DNA of 32,000 bases, taken from positions 3,030,001 through 3,062,000 of the forward strand of contig NC_002939.5 of NCBI RefSeq assembly GCF_000007985.2, in the 5' to 3' direction. The stretch's first letter is position 1. Each line of letters begins with the position of its first letter. This document shows, piece by piece, positions 21,481 through 28,106 of this stretch. The stretch comes from Geobacter sulfurreducens PCA. Lineage in GTDB: Bacteria > Desulfobacterota > Desulfuromonadia > Geobacterales > Geobacteraceae. Under the pieces are notes generated by a model that worked only from the letters and a program-made list of their open reading frames with translations, was not told the origin of the DNA and searched no databases. Made by a program: the position numbers and the translations under genes.

Positions 21481-22483
21481 GGGTCAGGCCTGAAAGATTG
21501 CACCTTCAAGCTCACGCCCCACCCGTTCTAGTCTTTCAGCAATTCCTTGATCTATCTTTCGTCGCTGTTCCAGTCTCCTGACTGCAGCACTCATGGATGA
21601 GACGTCTCGGCCGAACCTCTTGGCTAGATCAGTCAACGTTGCACTGCTGAACTCCTGAACCGCCCATGCGGCCACTCCCCGTGCTTCGGCCGCCCATCTC
21701 TTCTGCCCGGGAGACGCAAGCTCTTCTTCATCAAGGCGGTAGAGCCGCTTTATCACCTCGACTACCATATCGAGCCCAGGTCTTCGTAGCGGCAGCCTGT
21801 CTGCACGTTCAAGTATTGCTTCCACGAAATGGTCATCGCCAATAACACGGCTATCGGAACTCCCCTTGCCGTGGAATTCTTCTCGATGGCCTTCTTTGAC
21901 TCTGTCTGAGATGAATGTTGCATACTGCTTACGAGCAGTTGACGTATCCGATGAATAGGTGGCAAGCACGGTTTCCGTATTCAGCCAGGGGATGATCTCC
22001 TTGCCAAGGTAGGCCCTATGACTGCTCCACGTGTAGCTGCCCAGCTTCGTCGTCATGCCGGCGCGCACGGGGTTAAGGTGGATGTATGCCACCAGTTCCT
22101 GAAGGTATGCATCACCATCGACTAGAAAGGATTTGTATCGTCCCTGGAAAAGGTGGCCTGTCTTCCCCATCCGCCAATTCTGCCAACGCGTATAGCGAAA
22201 CGTTATGTTCTGCATGAACCGTGACAAGGGGACCTCTCCTACCTGAACCGCGAGGTGGACATGGTTGGTCATCAGGCAGAAGGCCAGTATCCTGTGGCCA
22301 AAGCGCTCAGCCCCTTCCTGCAGGAACAGGTAAAAGCGGTAACGGTCCTCGGGATCGTGAAATATATCCTGACGGGCGTTACCGCGGAGGATTACATGGT
22401 ACAAAGCGCCGGGGTAATGTATGCGGGGTTTGCGTGCCATGCGAAAAGACTATCGCAATCTTTCAATCTTTCAAGCCTGACCC
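21481..22483 (-). mobile_element. RAYT/IS200-like unit: HUH tyrosine-transposase gene bracketed by 21-nt inverted repeats
   Basis: Left repeat GGGTCAGGCCTGAAAGATTGC (21481-21501) contains the gene's stop codon. The reverse complement of 22455-22483 reads GGGTCAGGCTTGAAAGATTG[AAAGATTG]C, matching it apart from one mismatch and an 8-nt internal duplication. Confidence 0.6.
21484..22440 (-). CDS. REP-associated/IS200-like Y1 (HUH) transposase with C-terminal DnaA-C-like HTH
   Basis: ALYHVILRGNARQDIF, AFCLMTNHVHLAV (HUH), HLFQGRYKS, AYIHLNPVRAGM (catalytic Tyr region). C-terminal region ..TLTDLAKRFGRDVSSMSAAVRRLE resembles the DnaA domain IV-like HTH seen in this protein class. Confidence 0.85.
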   Translation of the reverse strand: MARKPRIHYPGALYHVILRGNARQDIFHDPEDRYRFYLFLQEGAERFGHRILAFCLMTNHVHLAVQVGEVPLSRFMQNITFRYTRWQNWRMGKTGHLFQGRYKSFLVDGDAYLQELVAYIHLNPVRAGMTTKLGSYTWSSHRAYLGKEIIPWLNTETVLATYSSDTSTARKQYATFISDRVKEGHREEFHGKGSSDSRVIGDDHFVEAILERADRLPLRRPGLDMVVEVIKRLYRLDEEELASPGQKRWAAEARGVAAWAVQEFSSATLTDLAKRFGRDVSSMSAAVRRLEQRRKIDQGIAERLERVGRELEGAIFQA

Positions 22484-22498
22484 TATTTTCTTTATTAT

Positions 22499-23841
22499 CA
22501 GGGTCTTGAAAAACTCACCGATTGAGCGGTTAAGGCCCCTCATTGGGGCAAAATTTGGCAACTTAGCTGTTTTACTCGTTAAAATTATGCTCTTTGAAAC
22601 TCGTTTTTGGCCTGTTAATCGGCCTTATCATTGCCTTTCGGGCGCATTTGCCCCGTTCAGGTGGTACATACCCCCAGGTTTCGCATTCGGACCAAGTTGT
22701 AAGCTGTTACTGCCAGGGTAAAGTGCCAGTCGATCTTCCTGACTCCCCTGTAGCGGGTCTTGCGGAACAGTCCAACGGTCTTGAGCCAGCCAAAGACCTC
22801 TTCGATTCGTTTGCGAAATGTCTGGCTAACTCCGTAGCCGTCATGCCTTGTGGTGCGGCCATCGATGGATGAACCGCCCTTCTTCTTGTGGTTTTGCGTG
22901 ACGTGCGGCGTAACTTTCAGAGTCCGCATGGCCCTAACGAAGTCGTGGGTATCATAGTTCCTGTCGGCGGCAATCGTTCTACGCCGCGTGCCGGAAGCAA
23001 CCTTGGCAATCAAGCTCTTGGCGGTTTCCCGTTCGGCAAAACCATCGGCAATGGTCACCCTGCTTGCCATAACCAAGCCGTGACGGTTTTCGGTCAGCAG
23101 GTGGGCGGCAAACGACAATCGCGGTTCATGGTTGATCCCCTTGCGATAGAGCTTCGCTTCAGGATCGGTAGTGGATGCATGAGTCGCGTTGCTCAGCTTC
23201 TCACCCTGGAAATCACGGCCCGGATTCTTGCCGGCAGGCGGTTGCCCGTCATCATCGTCCCGTGACTTGAAGCTCTTGATGGAGGCCCATGACTGGATCA
23301 GGGTGCCATCAACACTGAAGTGATCTTTGGAGAGCAGTTTCTTGCATTTCGCCTGATCAAGTACTGCCTCCAGGAACTGCGTGGCAACATCGGTCTCGAT
23401 CAACCGCTCCTGATTCGTGCTGAAGCTGGAATTATCCCAAACTGGATCATCCAGGCCCAGGCCAAGGAACCAGCGGAACAGGATACTGAAGTGAATCTGC
23501 TCAACCAGCTTGACGTTACTGGGAATCGAGTACAGCACCTGAAGCAGCATGGCTTTGAGCAAGCGCTCCGGCGGAATCGAGGGCCGGCCCGTATGGGAGT
23601 ACATCTTACTGAACACCGGCGAAAGGTTTTCCAGTGCCGCATCTACCATTTGCCGAATCGGCCGAAGGGGATGGTCTTTGGGAACGAAGGATTCCGGCGA
23701 GAGATAAACGAACAAAGCATCAGATTGTTGCTCAAGACCGCGCATATTTATTCTCCTGGAATATCAGCTTGTTATGCGCGCCATGATAGCACAAAACTGT
23801 GTCAAAATGGTCCTAAATACTGATAGTTTTTCAAAGACCTG
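22499..23841 (-). mobile_element. IS5-family insertion sequence (about 1.34 kb) with a 4-bp target duplication
   Basis: Terminal inverted repeats: CAGGGTCTTGAAAAACT (22499-22515) against the reverse complement of 23825-23841, CAGGTCTTTGAAAAACT (14 of 17 positions). Flanking direct repeat TTAT at 22495-22498 and 23842-23845. A single transposase ORF lies inside. Confidence 0.85.
22657..23745 (-). CDS. IS5-family DDE transposase
   Basis: 362 aa. N-terminal DUF772-type block (HPLRPIRQMVDAAL..GRPSIPPERLLKAMLLQVLYSI..LVEQIHFSILFRWFLGL). C-terminal block (ADRNYD..YRKRIEEVFGWLK..RKTRYRG..AYNLVRM). Confidence 0.9.
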   Translation of the reverse strand: MRGLEQQSDALFVYLSPESFVPKDHPLRPIRQMVDAALENLSPVFSKMYSHTGRPSIPPERLLKAMLLQVLYSIPSNVKLVEQIHFSILFRWFLGLGLDDPVWDNSSFSTNQERLIETDVATQFLEAVLDQAKCKKLLSKDHFSVDGTLIQSWASIKSFKSRDDDDGQPPAGKNPGRDFQGEKLSNATHASTTDPEAKLYRKGINHEPRLSFAAHLLTENRHGLVMASRVTIADGFAERETAKSLIAKVASGTRRRTIAADRNYDTHDFVRAMRTLKVTPHVTQNHKKKGGSSIDGRTTRHDGYGVSQTFRKRIEEVFGWLKTVGLFRKTRYRGVRKIDWHFTLAVTAYNLVRMRNLGVCTT

Positions 23842-23928
23842 TTATAGCCTCCTTTATTTGGTGTATAACGGTGTGGGAGATCACCCGACTGGTTTTTAGG
23901 CCAGGTGCATCTCCCTGGTTGAATCACT

Positions 23929-24900
23929 TCAAGTGTTACGTTTATCTCTAGTTGATAATCCGGACCTTATATCGCCTACATAATAAAATTCTTTCTTTTT
24001 GAAATAGCTAAATAAAAAGCTAGCAAAATCCAAAAACTTGTATAACTCATTCGCAAACAAATATTCAGCTGTGTTCTGCTTTATAATATTGGAACCAAGC
24101 AAGTTTGTAGCTTCATCAGAATCAATTACAAAACCATGGTCTTTGTAATGATTAACGAAATGATTAGCCAAACTTTGCGCAGTACTAGGAGCAGGAAATT
24201 TTTTACCTGCCAATAATCTCTCCGCATATTGTGATGCTGATTCACTGACCCGTTCAAAGTATCCTAGATCTTTTAGGTTCAGGTTGTCAGTTAAGTATTT
24301 TGCAAACATATCGGCTGAGTCTGGAAATCGGCAAGCCAAACCCGCCAAGGTATTCAGGGCGTTTGATAGGCCTAGAGCGGGATAGCCGCCTATTTGGGGG
24401 TCAATCGGGCCAAGTTCACTCATCAAGCCCATGTGTATTTCGTCAGCGCCAAGCGATATTAAAGTTGCCGCAGATTTGGCGCGACGCGGGATTCCTACTA
24501 CAAATTTCTTCTTAGTCAGACTTTTACACGTTTTACTGATCAAATAAGCAGGTTCGATTTGGCCACCACCGCTATGCAATATCAACAAAATATCTTTTTT
24601 ATCAGTTGCACTGGAAGCAGCTTCGTAAATTTGATTTGAATGATATCTACTTATAGATCTAGTTTCGTCATACAAGAATACAATGTTATAGCTTGCCATG
24701 TTATGGGATTGAATTAATGACTCAATATATTTTGACAGAGATATTTTGATGAAATCCTCATTCTCGTTTTCTGTGAACAGCGCTACTAATTGTGAGGGGT
24801 CTCTCAGGTCATAAGTTTTTTCATCCGCCTTTTCTGAAACATCTTCCTTGACTCCAGGAGTTACAATTGTAGTCGGTTTTTTGAGGCTCTTCCCTGCCAT
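23929..24900 (-). CDS. SDH/S49-type ClpP-fold serine protease (323 aa)
   Basis: DILLILHSGGGQIEPAY, IPRRAKSAATLISLGADEIHM (putative nucleophile Ser143, nt 24472-24474), SELGPIDPQIGG. Start placed at ATG 24900 (GGAGG 6 nt upstream) rather than the tracked ATG 24972, which has no SD. AT-rich. Confidence 0.8.
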   Translation of the reverse strand: MAGKSLKKPTTIVTPGVKEDVSEKADEKTYDLRDPSQLVALFTENENEDFIKISLSKYIESLIQSHNMASYNIVFLYDETRSISRYHSNQIYEAASSATDKKDILLILHSGGGQIEPAYLISKTCKSLTKKKFVVGIPRRAKSAATLISLGADEIHMGLMSELGPIDPQIGGYPALGLSNALNTLAGLACRFPDSADMFAKYLTDNLNLKDLGYFERVSESASQYAERLLAGKKFPAPSTAQSLANHFVNHYKDHGFVIDSDEATNLLGSNIIKQNTAEYLFANELYKFLDFASFLFSYFKKKEFYYVGDIRSGLSTRDKRNT

Positions 24901-24977
24901 AAATTCCTCCTTCAGAATTACCCAACGGCTGTGAGCACACCGGCATGGCCGGTGTTGCGCTTTGTTATGCATCGTCT

Positions 24978-25643
24978 TTATATCTGTTGGAGCTCTTGCC
25001 TCATTTGCTCCATGAGCTCGACAAGTGCTTCTTTCATCTCTAACCCTTTTTGCCGGATGGTGTTCGTGTAGGCATCAACCTTCGGCTGATCGCCCAAAAT
25101 TGCCGTAAATTCGTTTAAAAACTGCTGCGAAAGTTGAAATGACTCGCCGTAAAGCTTCTCTAGCCGTGTAAGGATCTCTCCAAGTGCCTCTCCGGCCACC
25201 AATTTAAGGCAATGAGTCTCGGCTTGTATTTTCATGTAGTCTTCCATTCCATCAGCGAGGATGGCGTGTACTTGATCACTAAATGCCAGAATGGCTTCGT
25301 TTCTCATGTTTTGGTCATTTCCTGCCTCAAGCATCGACTTCAGATAGGCTGAAAATAGTGGTTGCATCCTCTTGGGTATTTCCGCGTTTTGTTTTTTATT
25401 AAACTCGTCAACCATGCGAAAATACTTCTCGAATTGCTCGGCTTTCATTCCGTAAAGCTTTTTCCTTTTCTCAAATTCGAGTTCCTTTTCATGCTCGACT
25501 TTAGCTTTTAACTGGATCAACTCTCTTTCGTGTCTCTGCTTATTGAAATACATCCACCCTACCAGCAAACAATTCACTAATGCCGAAGCCCAGCCGAAGA
25601 AGGCCAAATTACTTTTGTAGATGCCGTAAATGGTCTCTATCAT
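24978..25643 (-). CDS. N-terminally membrane-anchored coiled-coil protein, unknown family (221 aa)
   Basis: One predicted TM helix (NLAFFGWASALVNCLLVGWMYF). This is followed by a K/E-rich helix (RHERELIQLKAKVEHEKELEFEKRKKLYGMKAEQFEKYF) and an all-helical remainder. SD AGAGGA lies before ATG 25643. AT-rich. Confidence 0.7.
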   Translation of the reverse strand: MIETIYGIYKSNLAFFGWASALVNCLLVGWMYFNKQRHERELIQLKAKVEHEKELEFEKRKKLYGMKAEQFEKYFRMVDEFNKKQNAEIPKRMQPLFSAYLKSMLEAGNDQNMRNEAILAFSDQVHAILADGMEDYMKIQAETHCLKLVAGEALGEILTRLEKLYGESFQLSQQFLNEFTAILGDQPKVDAYTNTIRQKGLEMKEALVELMEQMRQELQQI

Positions 25644-25668
25644 TTTTCCTCTGATTTAAAGGCTCTGG

Positions 25669-25760
25669 GAGAGGCTTCTGGGGTCAGGCTTGACAGATTG
25701 CAACTTCAAGCTCAGAGAGGCTTCTGGGGTCAGGCTTGACAGATTGCAACTTCAAGCTCA
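25669..25760. repeat. Perfect tandem duplication, 2 x 46 bp
   Basis: GAGAGGCTTCTGGGGTCAGGCTTGACAGATTGCAACTTCAAGCTCA occurs at 25669-25714 and again at 25715-25760. Each unit carries a copy of the RAYT inverted-repeat core (GGGTCAGGCTTGACAGATTGC). Confidence 0.9.
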
Positions 25761-25972
25761 CGCCGCACCCGTCCTAACCTTTCAGCAATTCCTTGATCTA
25801 TTTCTCGTCGCTGTTCCAGTCTTCTGACTACACCACCCATTGAATGAGACGTCTCGGCCGAACATCTTGGCAAGATCACTCAACGTTGCACTGCTGCCCA
25901 CCTGAACCACCCATGCGGCCACTCCCCGTGCTTCGGATACCCATCACTTCTGCCCGGGAGACGCAAGCTCCT
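25684..25972 (-). pseudogene. 5'-truncated, frameshifted copy of the 3' end of the RAYT-like transposase gene
   Basis: Hand alignment of 25730-25972 against 21484-21725 gives about 26 differences in about 243 nt, including a 1-nt insertion (CCCATTGAATGAG versus CTCATGGATGAG). The translated end AERLGRVRRELEVAICQA* compares with AERLERVGRELEGAIFQA*. Homology stops near 25972. Confidence 0.75.
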
Positions 25973-26224
25973 CTACCTTGATTAATGGATAGCGCGCGTC
26001 CACACCACGTAACAATCACCGCTCATTAGCACCATCATGTAAACATGGCACGACTATCTCAGGGCATACCGGCGCCGTCAAGACAGGAAAATCCTGATGG
26101 ATTGAGGTGTTCTAAGTTCGATTTTAAGGAAGGAACAATCGCCCCTGGCGGGTGCGACGGCGGGACCTTACGCGGTGGGGATCACAACGTCACGGATGAC
26201 ATGCCGATACATTCCCTGATAAAT

Positions 26225-26563
26225 CTACTGACCTACAACTAGCTTCCCGATTGCGGCCCATGTTTCACATTCGCTGGCACCCTTCTGCCGGTTGTCGCGA
26301 ACGATCTTCTCTGCCTTGTCGAGGACGACCCTGGCTTCGCGGCGGTCTCGCTCGCGCTCTACGGGCACGGTTTTCATCGTCTGGAGCATGCTGTCGACCA
26401 TTTCACGGCACTGGGCCTCGCTCGGCGCCGGGTACCCGGCATGGGACGGCACCGCACGCGGGAGCGCCAGCAGAAAGCAGATGCACAGGAGCGGCGCGAG
26501 GTTTCGTGTTCTCCTCCGGTTCGAGGGACAGCCCGTGCCGGATTCTGCGGTTTCGTTGTTCAT
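26225..26563 (-). CDS. Small exported hypothetical protein
   Basis: Start moved to ATG 26563 (GGGAGGA upstream). Signal-like RRRTRNLAPLLCICFLLALPRAVPSHA/G. The mature part is charged and helical with two Cys. No family recognised. Confidence 0.5.
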   Translation of the reverse strand: MNNETAESGTGCPSNRRRTRNLAPLLCICFLLALPRAVPSHAGYPAPSEAQCREMVDSMLQTMKTVPVERERDRREARVVLDKAEKIVRDNRQKGASECETWAAIGKLVVGQ

Positions 26564-26606
26564 AGTGCCGAGTCCTCCCGTCATGCGCATGTGCCCCCCC
26601 TCCCGC

Positions 26607-26948
26607 TCAGTAGCCGTAATCCAGGCTCTCGATCCGCACCACGCGGCCGTTTTCCAGGATCACCTGGTACTGGAACTGGTTGGGACCGAAGTTGAAGATC
26701 CAGTCATCAATGGAAACGGTGGTCAGCCGCCGCCCGCCGCTGCTCTGCCACTCACGCGCGACTCTTCTGTCTTCGCGGCTCGTGGCGGTGGCGGGCTGGC
26801 CGCATTTGGCCAGCACTTCCCCTGCCGTGGTCCCGATGGAGACGATGCCCTTGGCGCACATCATGGTGCCTGTTTCGGTGGCGCCCCCAACTGCGGGCGC
26901 TGCCGTGGCCAGCAGTGCGGCGATAACGATGCGAAGCGGTGCGTTCAT
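26607..26948 (-). CDS. DUF2845-type exported protein
   Basis: Start at ATG 26948 (GAGGAGGGAACC upstream). Signal peptide MNAPLRIVIAALLATAAPAVGGA. Then CAKGIVSIGTTAGEVLAKCGQP....DDWIFNFGPNQFQYQVILENGRVVRIE, the pattern I associate with DUF2845. Confidence 0.65.
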   Translation of the reverse strand: MNAPLRIVIAALLATAAPAVGGATETGTMMCAKGIVSIGTTAGEVLAKCGQPATATSREDRRVAREWQSSGGRRLTTVSIDDWIFNFGPNQFQYQVILENGRVVRIESLDYGY

Positions 26949-27120
26949 GGTTCCCTCCTCGGACGGCCCCGGCCATCCCGTGCCATGACTTCTGTGTAAC
27001 CGCCCGAAGGGCATAAGTCAAACAGGGACATGAAGAAAAATGCCCCACCGTCACGGAGGTGTGTCTTGCGTCCGGGTCTGCGGTCGGCTATAACAGGGGC
27101 GAGAGGGGGGACGCCACACC

Positions 27121-27759
27121 ATGCCGAGCCAGCTTGCCATTGCGCCGTTTCTGAGCGGCTTCGGCCTCGGGGCCGGACTGATCATCGCCATCGGGAGCCA
27201 GAATGCCTTTGTGCTGCGCCAGGGGCTCAAGCGGGAGCACGTCTTCACGGTGTGCACGGTCTGCTTCCTCTGCGACGCGGTGCTGATCGGGCTGGGGGCG
27301 GGGGGCTTCGGCACGCTGGTGGGGTCGTCGCCGCGGCTCATGGGGCTCACCCTGTGGGGCGGGGCGGCCTTTCTCTTTGCCTACGGGCTCCGCTCGTTCC
27401 ACGCGGCCCTGCGGCCGGGGAAGCTGGAGGCGGCCGACGACGGCGGCAGCCTGGACGGGCTTGCCAAGGTGGTCCTGACCACCCTGGCCCTGAGCCTCCT
27501 CAATCCCCATGTCTACCTGGATACGGTCCTGCTGCTGGGGAGCCTGGCGGGGCAGTTCGCGGGACGGTCCCGGCTCCTCTTCGCCCTGGGGGCCATGGGA
27601 GCTTCGTTGGCCTGGTTCTACGGGATCGGTTACGGGGCCAGGGTGCTGACGCCGCTCTTCCGCAAGCCCGCGGCCTGGCGGGCGCTGGACCTTGTGGTGG
27701 GCTGCACCATGTGGGGGATTGCGGCGAACCTGATCTGGTCTGATCTGACAGGAGGATGA
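27121..27759 (+). CDS. argO: LysE/ArgO-family basic amino-acid exporter
   Basis: GSQNAFVLRQGLKREH, LWGGAAFLFAYG, LSLLNPHVYLDTVLLLGSLAGQF, DLVVGCTMWGIA. Closely parallels E. coli ArgO as I recall it. Confidence 0.8.
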   Translation: MPSQLAIAPFLSGFGLGAGLIIAIGSQNAFVLRQGLKREHVFTVCTVCFLCDAVLIGLGAGGFGTLVGSSPRLMGLTLWGGAAFLFAYGLRSFHAALRPGKLEAADDGGSLDGLAKVVLTTLALSLLNPHVYLDTVLLLGSLAGQFAGRSRLLFALGAMGASLAWFYGIGYGARVLTPLFRKPAAWRALDLVVGCTMWGIAANLIWSDLTGG

Positions 27760-27792
27760 ACGGGATGTTCGGGATCGCGTGATATTTTCACC

Positions 27793-27823
27793 TTGACCCG
27801 TCTATCGGTTCACGGTTTAGCGT
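27793..27823 (+). promoter_or_regulatory. Candidate MerR-type promoter (19-bp spacer)
   Basis: TTGACC (27793-27798), 19-nt spacer with weak dyad character (TTGACC...GGTTCA), TAGCGT (27818-27823). About 50 nt upstream of the small ORF that precedes the MerR gene. Confidence 0.3.
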
Positions 27824-27875
27824 TATCTCCGTCACGGCCATGACAGACCTTCAACGCTGAGAAAGGAGCATGACG

Positions 27876-28061
27876 ATGAACCAGACGGTAACGGTGGAAG
27901 AGTGGGTGGCGAGGTTCAGGGCCATCGGCCTGGACGACGAAGCCATGGCGCAGTGGCATCGGCTGTTCGAGCGGGAGAACCCGGCCGGGCACCAGAGTTT
28001 TCTGGAGTGGCTCGGCCTGCCGGCCGAACGGATCGCCGAGATCCGCAGAACCTACGCGTAG
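27876..28061 (+). CDS. Small protein paralogous to the C-terminal domain of the adjacent MerR regulator
   Basis: AAGGAG lies 7 nt before ATG 27876 (ATG 27870 sits too close to the SD). 19 of 44 ungapped identities to MerR residues ..LRAAGMDDAAMKRLHTEFEQHSPEAHHQFLLSLGIPEHEALSIR. Confidence 0.55.
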   Translation: MNQTVTVEEWVARFRAIGLDDEAMAQWHRLFERENPAGHQSFLEWLGLPAERIAEIRRTYA

Positions 28062-28106
28062 GACGGATGCCCCCGGCTAATGGCCGGGGGCCATCCCGGA
28101 GGTGCC

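Noticed and set aside
23929-25643. Reading the cassette as a prophage head-maturation protease plus scaffold remnant
   Set aside because: S49/ClpP-fold proteases and helical scaffolds do occur together in phage head modules. Here, however, the helical protein has an N-terminal TM anchor and precedes the protease. There is no portal, capsid or terminase gene, and the pair has its own SD sequences and a compact organisation. This is kept as an alternative inside the finding rather than as the call.
25669-25760. Possibility that the 46-bp direct repeats are a mini CRISPR array
   Set aside because: The two units are directly adjacent with no spacer. They are derived from the RAYT gene 3' end, and no cas genes are present.
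18740-26240. Search for a tRNA gene, integrase or flanking direct repeats marking the island as a classical integrative element
   Set aside because: None found by eye at either boundary. The T-loop-like GTTCGATTT near 26115 has no acceptor or anticodon arms around it. The island is therefore described only compositionally.
26045-26242. 65-aa + strand ORF in the unexplained segment right of the RAYT remnant
   Set aside because: No SD and an odd composition. It overlaps the stop region of the convergent exported-protein gene. Treated as non-coding junction DNA of the island.
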